DNA of 43,774 bases from Methanomicrobiales archaeon. GTDB taxonomy: Archaea; Halobacteriota; Methanomicrobia; Methanomicrobiales; JACTUA01. Positions 16,813-25,376 of this stretch are shown here, in pieces; position 1 is the first letter of the stretch; each line of letters opens with the position of its first letter. The DNA is taken from NCBI GenBank assembly GCA_035517575.1, contig DATIYO010000073.1, positions 1-43,774 on the forward strand, given 5' to 3'. The notes beneath the pieces were generated by a model. The model made no database searches, was not told the DNA's origin, and worked only from the letters and a program-made list of their open reading frames with translations. The translations under genes and the position numbers were made by a program.

Positions 16813-17405
16813 TGATGAACGGGCGCAAGGCGGCCGGACCCCGGCCGGGTCAGACCTTCGACCGGGAACCCGCCCGGCGGGTCTTTGCCGGGGAACTCCG
16901 CGAGGTGAGGTACGAGTTCCCGAGGGGCGAGGAGGAGAAGAGCCCGAGCTTCGTCCTCCTCCCGACGGGGGAGCGCTGCAACCGGATCCTGCTCGTGGGG
17001 ACCCTCACCGAGAAGGAGCGGAGGGGCGACCAGAACGTCTTCTACCGGGCCAGGATCGCCGACCCGACCGGGACCTTCTTCCTCATGGCCGGGAGCTACC
17101 AGCCCGAGGCGATGCAGCAGATCGCCCGGATCGAGCCCCCCGCCTTCGTCGCGGTCATCGGGAAGCCGAACCTCTTCGAGTCCCAGCCCGGGTCCGTGCT
17201 CGTCTCGGTCAGGGCGGAGTCGGTGACCACGGTGGACCGGGAGACGCGGGACCTCTGGGTGCTCGACGTGGCACGCGCCACGCTGAGGCGCCTCGAGGAC
17301 GCGGGGAAGACCGAGGACTCGAAGCTCGCGCAGGAGCAGTACCATGCCGATCCCGCGGTGTACCGGAAGATGGTCTACGACGCCCTCGCGCAGCTGAGGA
17401 TCTGA
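16812..17405 (+). CDS. RPA-associated protein (Rpap, COG3390-like OB-fold)
   Basis: 197 aa, TGATG overlap with rpa. RILLVGTLTEKERRGDQNVFYRARIADPTGTFFL. The gene pair mirrors haloarchaeal rpa/rpap operons. Confidence 0.85.
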   Translation: MMNGRKAAGPRPGQTFDREPARRVFAGELREVRYEFPRGEEEKSPSFVLLPTGERCNRILLVGTLTEKERRGDQNVFYRARIADPTGTFFLMAGSYQPEAMQQIARIEPPAFVAVIGKPNLFESQPGSVLVSVRAESVTTVDRETRDLWVLDVARATLRRLEDAGKTEDSKLAQEQYHADPAVYRKMVYDALAQLRI

Positions 17406-17409
17406 TCCC

Positions 17410-17433
17410 TTTTTTTTCCCATCCCCCTTTTTT
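17410..17433 (+). terminator. oligo-T terminator pair
   Basis: T8 run at 17410..17417 and T6 run at 17428..17433, inside the duplicated CCCTTTTTT(TT)CCCATCC motif directly after the rpap stop. Confidence 0.55.
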
Positions 17434-17522
17434 CCCATCCAAACCGTTATGTGGGGGGAACCCCCCCAGTGCCTGCTATGGGAACCATCCGGCTGGCACA
17501 GCAGGTCAGGGAGGGGGCCGCC

Positions 17523-18062
17523 ATGACCCTCCGCCAGATCGCCCTCGTCATGCTCTTCCTCCTCTCGGGATGCCTGGTCACGGGCGAGAGGAGTGTCCCA
17601 TCACTCAACGTGTCGTCAGCAGCCTTCAATAGCGGCGCGCCGATTCCGGTGATGTACACCTGCGACGGGGCGAACGCCTCGCCACCCCTCTCATGGAGCG
17701 GCGTCCCGCAGGGGACCGCGGGCCTCGCCCTCGTGGTCTCCGACCCGGACGCCTCTCGCGGGACCTTCATCCACTGGGTGGCGTACAATATCCCGCCCGG
17801 GACAAGGGAGATCCCGGCCGGTGCACCGGGAAAGTCGGCCCTTCCCGCCGGCTCGGTCCAGGGGACGAACGACTTCGGCCGCGCTGCCTACGGCGGCCCC
17901 TGTCCCCCGCCGGGAAAGCCCCACCATTACCACTTCACCGTCTATGCCCTCGACGCCCCGCTCACGCTTTCAGGGAACCGGGACGCGGGAGCGCTCACTC
18001 AGGCCGTCGCCGGCCATGTCCTCGCCCGGGGCGAGCTCGTCGGTATCTACCAGAGGAGATAG
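17523..18062 (+). CDS. YbhB/YbcL (PEBP) family protein with lipoprotein-type signal peptide
   Basis: Track ORF trimmed to ATG 17523 (MTLRQIALVMLFLLSGC). YTCDGANASPPLSWSGVP, LVVSDPDA..GTFIHWVAYNIP, GGPCPPPGKPHHYHFTVYALD. Confidence 0.87.
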   Translation: MTLRQIALVMLFLLSGCLVTGERSVPSLNVSSAAFNSGAPIPVMYTCDGANASPPLSWSGVPQGTAGLALVVSDPDASRGTFIHWVAYNIPPGTREIPAGAPGKSALPAGSVQGTNDFGRAAYGGPCPPPGKPHHYHFTVYALDAPLTLSGNRDAGALTQAVAGHVLARGELVGIYQRR

Positions 18063-18162
18063 AGGGATACCGAAGTCCGGTCCGGGTGAGTGGGATCCGA
18101 TCCGGATAAAGGGTAAAAAGAAAAGGGTAATGGGTTGGGGCTGGTGACCCCCCCGCCGGTGC

Positions 18163-19218
18163 CTAGGGCCGGCCCCTCGCTTTCAGGAGGAGAAGGGCGA
18201 TCGCGGGCGAGAGGATCGCGATCCAGGTTCCCATCGGCGCGGGGGTCGGCGACGGCTGCGCGGTCCCCGCGGGGGGTGTGGTCGCCGGCTGGGTCGGCGG
18301 AGGGGTCGACGGCGTGGCGGCAGGGCTCGGCGTCGTGGCCAGGGTCGTCACGGGGAGGGTCGTCACCGCTGCCTGGGTGGGAACGGTGGTGGCCGCCGTC
18401 GTGATCACCGGGGTGGCGGCCGGAGTGGGTGTCGTCTGGAAGGCGGTCGACTTTCCGACAATGAAGCTCACGAGGTTGGAGTCGGGCGCCCGGTCGACAA
18501 AGGACGAGGGATCCCTCCACTTGGCCTGGACGGTGTAGGTGCCCTGCTCTAAGCCGTCGAGGGTGATCGCACCGGGCCGGCCCGCGTCATCGGTGTAGAA
18601 GAACGCGCCGGTCAGGTTCATCGCCGTGAAGTCCATGCCCTGGATAGAGCTCACCTCGCCCCCGCCCGGGGTGGTGAGGACCAGGTCGACGGTCGCGGGG
18701 TAGAGGGAACCGGCATGGTAGGACGTCCCGACGTCAGGGGACGAGATCTTGAAGGCGATCCGGGTGCCCTGCGGGATCGTCAGGCCCGCGAGGGAGTAGA
18801 CGTGGTTCGGGTTCGCGAGGACCGCGTCCACGGAGACCGAGGGGGTGCTCACGTAGACCGAGTTCATGACCCCGCTCGTCGGGTTGTAGGCATAGTAGAT
18901 CCCGAGCTGCCCCCCGAAGATATCGGGGTCGGGGCTGAAGCTCGTGTCGTCGGGGACCGGGACCTCGCGGAGCACGCCGAGCGTCGGGTCGTCGTTCCGG
19001 TACTTCCGGAGCGCGGTGACCGGGTTCGCCCCGGTGCGAAGGCCGGTGATGTCGAGGTTCTGCTCGTAGATGAAGATCATGTCCCCCGCCTGGATGTGCT
19101 GGATGTCGGTCCTCGCCCCCGACGGGAGGATGAGGAAGACCGGGACGAGGACCAGCAGGAACGCGACCGCGGCGATCGCGCGGGCCCCTGTCCTGGAAAC
19201 CGGGTGTTTTCCGGGCAT
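18163..19218 (-). CDS. secreted cell-surface protein with long Thr/Pro/Ala linker and C-terminal anchor (possibly DUF3821-like)
   Basis: 351 aa. Signal/anchor AIAAVAFLLVLVPVFLILP. ~240-aa domain (GDMIFIYEQNLDITGL). ~75-aa TPTPAATPVITTAATTVPTQ... linker. C-terminal WIAILSPAIALLLLKARGRP. Confidence 0.75.
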   Translation of the reverse strand: MPGKHPVSRTGARAIAAVAFLLVLVPVFLILPSGARTDIQHIQAGDMIFIYEQNLDITGLRTGANPVTALRKYRNDDPTLGVLREVPVPDDTSFSPDPDIFGGQLGIYYAYNPTSGVMNSVYVSTPSVSVDAVLANPNHVYSLAGLTIPQGTRIAFKISSPDVGTSYHAGSLYPATVDLVLTTPGGGEVSSIQGMDFTAMNLTGAFFYTDDAGRPGAITLDGLEQGTYTVQAKWRDPSSFVDRAPDSNLVSFIVGKSTAFQTTPTPAATPVITTAATTVPTQAAVTTLPVTTLATTPSPAATPSTPPPTQPATTPPAGTAQPSPTPAPMGTWIAILSPAIALLLLKARGRP

Positions 19219-19274
19219 AAGATGACCTCAGCCCAATGAGGGTATTCACCGGCATATAAGCCCTTGCCCGAATC

Positions 19275-20294
19275 TCAAGGGCCGGTCGCCCCGTCCTTTT
19301 CGCCGACCCGATCCCGAAGGATGCCGACGATCCTCTCGAGCTCGGCGATCCTCCGGTCCACCCTCTCCCGCTGCCGGCTCCGGTGGAGGGTGAGGTTCGG
19401 CTCGCCCTCGAGGTAAGCCCGCGACAGTTCCTCCTCGGTGTACCGGCTCCCCCCTCCCGTCAGCCCCGCGACCACCGGTTCGGGGAGCACCGCCCCCATG
19501 CGTTCGGCGAAGAACCTCCGGGTGGCACGGGGGGTGAGGGTCCTCCGCCTCGTCACGGCATCGACCCGGTCCAGCCTCGCCTTGGAGAGGGCCAGCTCCC
19601 AGATCTGCCCGAAGGCCCGGGCCCCGAGGGGAAAGAGGAGGTGCGCGGACCCCGTTCCCCCGCGGGAGCGTGCGGAGGCCACGAACCGGTCCCTCACGAT
19701 CAGGTACACCCGGATGGCGCCGGCCGCCTCGCGGGAGATGAAGGCCGTCCGGGTCACCGATCCCTCCGCATCCCGGATGAGGAACCGTGCCGGCCGGGAA
19801 TCGAGGTCGAGGTCATCGAGGCGCAGGGACAGGACCTCCCCGAGCCCCGCACCGCTGCTCACGAGGACGTACAGGATCGCCCGGCCCCGGGTATCGAGGT
19901 GTTCCATGAGTTTCAGGATCGATTCCGTGGTGAGGGAATCCCTGCGGGTCTCGGGAGGGCGTGGCTTCCGGGCAAGGCGCAGCCGCCTCCCCTCCTTCGG
20001 CGCAAGGGAGAGGTTCTCACCGGCGAGGAGGGTCCGGATGGCGCTCTGGTACCCGAGGCAGGTCCGCGGGGTCCGGCAGGCCCCCTCCAGGGCCTGCAGG
20101 TCGGCGGCGAGGTCACGCCTCCCGTTCCTGAGGTCGTTCACGTACTTCGCCACCCAGGGGTCGAGGACCCCGGGAGAGGCCCCCCGCAGGCGGGCGCCGT
20201 AGAGAAGGGAAAGGAATTTTACCCATGCACTCACATACATCGCACGGGTAGTCTTGGCCCGGTACTGGTTCAGAAAATCCACGAGTACAGGCAT
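19275..20294 (-). CDS. tyrosine recombinase/integrase-like protein with degenerate catalytic residues
   Basis: 339 aa. N-terminal SAM-like core-binding region, then a C-terminal integrase-like layout: ILYVLVSSGAGLGEVLSLRLDDLDL ... TLTPRATRRFFAERMG ... GGGSRYTEEEL. Canonical R, K, H and H positions appear replaced. Confidence 0.65.
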   Translation of the reverse strand: MPVLVDFLNQYRAKTTRAMYVSAWVKFLSLLYGARLRGASPGVLDPWVAKYVNDLRNGRRDLAADLQALEGACRTPRTCLGYQSAIRTLLAGENLSLAPKEGRRLRLARKPRPPETRRDSLTTESILKLMEHLDTRGRAILYVLVSSGAGLGEVLSLRLDDLDLDSRPARFLIRDAEGSVTRTAFISREAAGAIRVYLIVRDRFVASARSRGGTGSAHLLFPLGARAFGQIWELALSKARLDRVDAVTRRRTLTPRATRRFFAERMGAVLPEPVVAGLTGGGSRYTEEELSRAYLEGEPNLTLHRSRQRERVDRRIAELERIVGILRDRVGEKDGATGP

Positions 20295-20408
20295 TCTCCG
20301 GGTAAAATACGCCCTTTCAGCATTTAATGATATTGAAAAGTGAAGGTTGGCCTGAACTTAAATTGTGCTAAAGGAAAGCTGGACAAAGGAGAGAGGAGAG
20401 GAGTTACC

Positions 20409-22688
20409 ATGAAAGCGAGGAGAGAGAAGGAATCCCGGGGGGCAGAGAAGGCCCGGCCCCAGGCCGCCCCCCCGGCGGAGATGCGGGACCCGAAGGCGGT
20501 AGACCACCTGATCCGGGCGCTGGGTGACAAGGACGAGATGGTCCGGTCCCAGTCGGCCCGTGCGCTCGGGGAGATGCGGGACCCGAAGGCGGTGGAGCAC
20601 CTGATCCGCGCCCTGAAGGACCGGCACAAGCTCGTCCGGGCAGAGGCGGCAGAGGCCCTCGGCCGGATCGGGGACCCCCTCGCCGTGGACCACCTGGTCC
20701 GGGCCCTGAAGGACGAGAACGCCCGGGTGCGGGGCGCCTCGGCAAGGGCCCTCGGGGAGATCGGGGACCTCCAGGCGGTGCCCGCGATCATCGCGACCCT
20801 CAGGGACAGGGACGAGGACGTCCGGGGCGAGGCCGCCCGGGCCCTCGGGAAGATGGGGGACGAGCGGGCCCTCCAGCCCCTCATCGAGGCCCTCCGGGAC
20901 ATCGACACCTATGTCCGGTGCTACGCGACCATCGCCCTCGGGACCATCGGGACCCCGGCCCTCGACTCCCTGATCCAGGCCCTCAAGAGCGAGTACGAGG
21001 ACGTCCGCGAGCGGGCGGCGAACACCCTCGCGGGGATGAAGGACCGGGCGGTGGAGGCCCTCATCCGGGCGCTCAGGGACGAAGACTGGGCCATCCGGAA
21101 GGAGGCGCAGCGGATCCTCGTCACCATCAAGGGGCCCGCGGTCGAGCCGCTCATCCGGGCCCTCCAGGAGGAGGACTGGGACGTCCAGCGGCAGGTGGCG
21201 AAGGTCCTCGAGGACATCGGGGACGAGTCGGCCGTGGGGGCCCTCGTCGAGGTGCTGAAGAAGGCGCACTGGGCGGCCCAGAAGGAGATCGTCCGGGTGC
21301 TCACGAGCTTCGGGTGGAGCCCCCAGGACGACGAGGAGCGCGCGTACTTCCTCATCTCCAAGGGCTCCTGGGGCGAGCTCGAGCGGCTGGGGGACGCCTC
21401 GGTGCCGGCGCTCGCGAACGCCCTCAGGGACGACGACCGGTATGTCCGGCGGCAGGCGGCGGCGGTCCTCGGGAAGCTCGGCGACCCCGCCGCGGTCGAG
21501 GCGCTCATCGAGGCCCTCGACAGCGAGGACGGGTACCTCAGGTGCATGGCCGCCGAGTCCCTCGGGAAGATCGGCGACCGGTCCGCGGTCCCCGCGCTCC
21601 TGAAGCTCCTCTCGGCCGATGACCCCTGGGTGAAGGGCTACGCGGTGGAGGCCCTCGGGGCCATCGGCGACGGCCGGGCCGTGGTGCCCCTCATCGAGAT
21701 GATGAAGACCGGCGGGGCCGGCGTCCGGAGGGAGGGCGCGAGGGCCCTCGCCGGCATCGGCAGGCCCGCGATCAAGCCCCTCATCGAGACCCTCTCGGGC
21801 GACGACGAGGAGATGAAGCGGGGCGCCGCCTGGGTCCTCGCCATGGGCGGGGACCTCTCGGTCGCGCCCCTCATCGAGGCGCTCAGGCGCGAGGGCGAGG
21901 GCTTCCGGCGGGACACCGAGGAGGTCCTCTTCGAGATCGGCGAGCCCGCCGTCGAGCCGCTCATCGCCGCCCTCGCCGACTCCCACGAGCCGGTCCGGCG
22001 CTCCGCGGCCCGGGTGCTCGGCCGGTTCGGGGACCGGCGGGCGGTCGAGCCCCTCATCAAGGCCCTCGGCGACAACTCGGCGGGGGTGCGGAAGGAGGCG
22101 ACCATCGCCCTCGGGAAGATCGGGGAGTCCTACGCGGTCGGCCCCCTCGTGGAGCTCCTCGCGGACGACGACCTCGAGGTGGAGCGGGAGGCGGTGGTGG
22201 CCCTCGGGAAGATCCGGGACATCCGGGCCCTCGCGCCCCTCATCGGGAGCCTGAAGAACCCCGAGCTCCGGGAGAGCGTGACCGCGGCCCTCTCGGCGAT
22301 GAGCGACGAGCGGGCCATCGCCCCCCTGATCGAGGTCCTGAAGGACGAGAGCGTCTTCGTCCGGATGGGCGCCGCGGACGTCCTCGTCCACATCGGCGAG
22401 CCCGCGGTCGAGCCGCTCATCGAGGCCCTGGGGAACGAGAACCCGGGGGTCAGGTACGTCGCGAGCTGGACCCTGGGGAAGATCGGGGACCGGCGGGCGG
22501 TCGAGCCCCTGATCGCGGCCATGAAGGACCGGGACAAGGGCGTGAAGAAGGGTGCCGCCGTCGCCCTCGGGGATATCGGGGACGGGCGGGCGGTGGAGCC
22601 GCTCATCCAGGCGCTCAAGGACGAGGACGAGTCCATCCAGCGGGCGGTCCGCGAGTCCCTGGAGCGGACCATATCGAAGAAGGACTGA
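20409..22688 (+). CDS. HEAT-repeat (PBS-lyase type) protein, about 24 repeats
   Basis: Track ORF trimmed to ATG 20409 (GGAGAGGAG RBS). 31-aa units of the form D.RAVEPLI.AL.D....VR..AA.ALG.IG throughout. Confidence 0.9.
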   Translation: MKARREKESRGAEKARPQAAPPAEMRDPKAVDHLIRALGDKDEMVRSQSARALGEMRDPKAVEHLIRALKDRHKLVRAEAAEALGRIGDPLAVDHLVRALKDENARVRGASARALGEIGDLQAVPAIIATLRDRDEDVRGEAARALGKMGDERALQPLIEALRDIDTYVRCYATIALGTIGTPALDSLIQALKSEYEDVRERAANTLAGMKDRAVEALIRALRDEDWAIRKEAQRILVTIKGPAVEPLIRALQEEDWDVQRQVAKVLEDIGDESAVGALVEVLKKAHWAAQKEIVRVLTSFGWSPQDDEERAYFLISKGSWGELERLGDASVPALANALRDDDRYVRRQAAAVLGKLGDPAAVEALIEALDSEDGYLRCMAAESLGKIGDRSAVPALLKLLSADDPWVKGYAVEALGAIGDGRAVVPLIEMMKTGGAGVRREGARALAGIGRPAIKPLIETLSGDDEEMKRGAAWVLAMGGDLSVAPLIEALRREGEGFRRDTEEVLFEIGEPAVEPLIAALADSHEPVRRSAARVLGRFGDRRAVEPLIKALGDNSAGVRKEATIALGKIGESYAVGPLVELLADDDLEVEREAVVALGKIRDIRALAPLIGSLKNPELRESVTAALSAMSDERAIAPLIEVLKDESVFVRMGAADVLVHIGEPAVEPLIEALGNENPGVRYVASWTLGKIGDRRAVEPLIAAMKDRDKGVKKGAAVALGDIGDGRAVEPLIQALKDEDESIQRAVRESLERTISKKD
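20479..22665 (+). repeat. 93-bp-period coding tandem repeat (HEAT units)
   Basis: Recurrent GACCC...GCGGT.GAGCC.CTCATC...GCCCTCGGG strings every ~93 nt. Responsible for the equally long antisense ORF 20358..22703. Confidence 0.8.
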
Positions 22689-22799
22689 AGTCCTTCTCCT
22701 CAATCTCCCTTAGGTCGATTTTCAAAGAAGGATTGATATCCTTCTTCTCAACCTCGCTTTCGCCCGGTTTTCGAAAAAGGACTGAGGGGAATTTACCCC
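22678..22799. terminator. convergent-gene terminator region with two related hairpins and T-runs
   Basis: Hairpin AGAAGGAC-tgaa-GTCCTTCT at 22678..22697 spans the stop codon. Hairpin AAGAAGGAT-tgat-ATCCTTCTT at 22725..22746. TTTT at 22719..22722 and 22768..22771. AAGGACTGA is duplicated at 22680 and 22778. Confidence 0.35.
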
Positions 22800-22824
22800 A
22801 TCTCTCCTTTTCCTCTCCCTCCTC

Positions 22825-23526
22825 CTAAACCGTCTTCAGCACGTCCCAGATGCTGTCGCGCTCGACGAGGATCCAGTACCGCTTCAGCTCAGCCTCGGCA
22901 TACCGGAAGTCGGGGAAGAACTCCCCGACCCGCTTCCAGTATTTCCGGGAATGGTTCGGCTCCAGCAGGTGGGCGAGCTCGTGCACCACCAGGTAGTCCC
23001 TGACCTGGTCGGGGAGCACGAGGACGCGGAGGTTGACGCTGATCCGGCCCTCGGGCGAGCAGCTCGCCCACCGGCTCCGCTGCTCGCGGACGGAGAGGCC
23101 CGTTGACCTGACCCCCATCCGTGCCGAGTGCGCCTCGATCCGGGGGAGGAGGTCGGAGCGGAGCATCCGCTTCAGGAAGGCCTTGAGCTCCCGCGGGGTC
23201 GTGTAGGAGAGCACTCCCTCGCCGGGGTCGATCCCGCAGGCGTCCCCCTTCCCGAGCCGGAAGAACCGGCCGCCGAGGAGGATCCTCCCCTCCTGCCCTG
23301 CCCGGTCCCGCGAGATCTCCTCGATCTCCTCCCGCTTCCGCTCGATCCAGCCGGCGTTCCGTTCGAGGAGGGAGGGGACGTGGGTGCCCGGCGGGGCGGT
23401 GACCCTCACCCGGCCCGAGGGGAGCACCTGGATGGTCGCCCGGCGGACCTCCCGCTCCCGGACCTCGGGGCAGGCCCCCTCGTCCGGCGGGGCGGGCTCA
23501 CCGGGTGAGGGAGGCGATGATGGCAT
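22825..23526 (-). CDS. M48-like / DUF45 (YgjP-type) metal-dependent hydrolase
   Basis: 233 aa. HELAHLLEPNHS zinc motif near the C-terminus, with an RWASCSPEGRISVNLRV block before it. Overlaps the wrbA 3' end by 29 nt. Confidence 0.85.
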   Translation of the reverse strand: MPSSPPSPGEPAPPDEGACPEVREREVRRATIQVLPSGRVRVTAPPGTHVPSLLERNAGWIERKREEIEEISRDRAGQEGRILLGGRFFRLGKGDACGIDPGEGVLSYTTPRELKAFLKRMLRSDLLPRIEAHSARMGVRSTGLSVREQRSRWASCSPEGRISVNLRVLVLPDQVRDYLVVHELAHLLEPNHSRKYWKRVGEFFPDFRYAEAELKRYWILVERDSIWDVLKTV

Positions 23527-24142
23527 CCCGGTGCGGGGTGAGTTTCGAGGCGACCAGGGCGACGTACCTTCCCTGGAACCGTGCCCCCGCGAGCTCGTTC
23601 TCGCTCGGCCAGCGCTCCCCGCCGGGCCCCGCGATGGTCGAGGCCCCGTACGGGGAGCAGCCCGTGATCTCGTCTGCCCGGCTCTGGCCGGCGAAGAGGT
23701 ACGGGAGGCCGAGGAGGATCATCCCGTGGTGGAGGAGGGTCGTGTGGAAGGAGAGGATGGTGGACTCCTGCCCGCCGTGCTGGGTGTTCGAGGAGGTGAA
23801 GACCGAGCCGACCTTCCCCGCGAGGGCGCCCTGGACCCAGAGTGCGCCCGTCGCGTCCAGGAACTGGCGCATCTGCCCGCACATGTTCCCGTACCGGGTC
23901 GGGGTCCCGAAGATGACGGCGTCGTAGTTCCCGAGGTCGCCCCTCCCGCAGATCGGGACATGGGAGAAGGCCTTCTGGGCCTTGAGCGCCCCGGTCTTCT
24001 CGAGGACCTCCTGCGGCAGGGTCTCGGGGACCCTTTTTACGTCGACCGTCACCCCGTCCACGCCGGCGGCCCCCGCCGCCACCGCCTCGGCGAGCCGGTG
24101 GACATGGCCGAACATCGAGTAGTAGACGACGAGTATCCTCAT
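23498..24142 (-). CDS. wrbA: NAD(P)H:quinone oxidoreductase WrbA (flavodoxin-like)
   Basis: MRILVVYYSMFGHVHRLAEAV, IFGTPTRYGNMCGQMRQFLD, FTSSNTQHGGQEST, SPYGAST. Confidence 0.93.
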   Translation of the reverse strand: MRILVVYYSMFGHVHRLAEAVAAGAAGVDGVTVDVKRVPETLPQEVLEKTGALKAQKAFSHVPICGRGDLGNYDAVIFGTPTRYGNMCGQMRQFLDATGALWVQGALAGKVGSVFTSSNTQHGGQESTILSFHTTLLHHGMILLGLPYLFAGQSRADEITGCSPYGASTIAGPGGERWPSENELAGARFQGRYVALVASKLTPHRDAIIASLTR

Positions 24143-24236
24143 GGGAACCCCTCACGGTGTCCTGTGAAGGTGTATCGTGCAGGGATGCCAAAAGGTTTGC
24201 CGCCGGGCCGGGGGCGGGCGGGGACCGGCCCCCGCC

Positions 24237-25376
24237 TCACTCGGGGCTCGCCCCGGGGGCGGGGAGGAGGGGCGGCCCCTCCCGGTTCACCCATGCCTTC
24301 AGCCCCTCGCTGTACCGGGCGGCGAAGGAGCCCGCGAGGGAGGTCGCGACGACGAGGATCGCGACCGTCGCCGAGATGGCCGCCGAGCCGAAGATGGCGG
24401 CGAGGGCGATGGAGAACTCGCCCCGCCCGAGGGTGTTCACCCCGATCTCGATCCCGGCCGGCACCGAGCCGTGGAGGCCCCAGCCGACGACGACCCCCGA
24501 GAGCATCTTGCTCGCGACGGCGAGGACGCAGAGGACCGAGGCGACGAGGATCGAGAACCCTCCCGAGAAGTCGATGGTGATCCCGAAGAAGACGAAGAAG
24601 AGGACGAGGAAGACCTCGCGGAAGGGCTGGGAGAGCCGCTCGAGGGCGGTGCCCGAGGTCGCGGCGAGGGAGGAGCCGAGGATGATCGCGACGAGGGCGT
24701 CCGGGATCTTCAGGAGCTTCGCGAGGTAGGTGGAGGAGATGACCACCGTGAAGGTGAAGATCGACGGGAGGTCGTCGGTCCGGGCGAGGAGGGCCCGGAT
24801 GGGCCGCCTGAGGAGCCGCACGATCCCCGCGGTCGCGGCGAGGACCGCGACGGTGAGGACGATGAAGGTGAGGGGGTTCTCCCCCTGGGCCGAGAAGAGG
24901 GAGATGAGGAGGATCAGGAGCACGTCCTCGAAGACCATCATCCAGACGATGGTCTCGGCCTCGGGGAGGATGAGCCGCCGGTTCTCGACGAGGGAGGCGA
25001 TGGCCATCGCGGAGCTCGAGATGTAGAAGGCCGAGGCGAGGACGAAGGACTCGAGCGGCCGGAAGCCGAGGAGGAGCGCCGCGGCGAAGCCGACGAGGAA
25101 GTTCGCGAAGAGGTCGATCGTCCCCGAGAGGAGGATGGTCCGGCCCCGCTCGCGGAGGGACTTCGGGCGCATCTCCAGGCCGACGTAGAAGAGGAGGAAG
25201 ATGAGCCCGAGGGAGGAGAGGTACTGGGAGTAGGTGTCGGCGGGGACGAGGCCGAGCCCGCTCTTCCCGATGGCGATCCCCGCGAGGATGTAGAAGGGGA
25301 TCGGGGGGAGGGAGTACCGCTTCGAGACGAGGGCGAGGACGAGGCAGACGAAGAGGGCGAGCGCGATCTCTTCCAT
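24237..25376 (-). CDS. cation:proton antiporter (CPA2 / KhtU-like membrane subunit)
   Basis: 379-aa polytopic protein: PIPFYILAGIAIGKSGLG, LGLIFLLFYVGLEMRP. Start overlaps the stop of the regulatory subunit gene (TGATG). Confidence 0.9.
   Translation of the reverse strand: MEEIALALFVCLVLALVSKRYSLPPIPFYILAGIAIGKSGLGLVPADTYSQYLSSLGLIFLLFYVGLEMRPKSLRERGRTILLSGTIDLFANFLVGFAAALLLGFRPLESFVLASAFYISSSAMAIASLVENRRLILPEAETIVWMMVFEDVLLILLISLFSAQGENPLTFIVLTVAVLAATAGIVRLLRRPIRALLARTDDLPSIFTFTVVISSTYLAKLLKIPDALVAIILGSSLAATSGTALERLSQPFREVFLVLFFVFFGITIDFSGGFSILVASVLCVLAVASKMLSGVVVGWGLHGSVPAGIEIGVNTLGRGEFSIALAAIFGSAAISATVAILVVATSLAGSFAARYSEGLKAWVNREGPPLLPAPGASPE

Noticed and set aside
16805-16817. CTGATGATGA at the rpa/rpap junction (and TGATGA strings inside other genes, for example 10693, 28327, 34806, 40425) as C boxes of further C/D sRNAs
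   Set aside because: No correctly spaced D', C' or D boxes or terminal stems accompany them. At 16810..16814 the string is simply the overlapping stop/start (TGATG) of two coupled genes.
19275-20294. The integrase-like gene as a marker of an integrated mobile element or provirus
   Set aside because: There is no adjacent tRNA target, I saw no flanking direct repeats, and base composition and codon usage look host-like. The neighbours are ordinary chromosomal genes and the catalytic residues appear degenerate. It is therefore called a CDS, not a mobile element.
20358-22703. 781-aa minus-strand ORF antisense to the HEAT-repeat gene
   Set aside because: The translation is a monotonous P/D/G/R/L-rich repeat. 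The plus-strand frame gives textbook HEAT units with an RBS and ATG. It is an artefact of the periodic GC-rich repeat.
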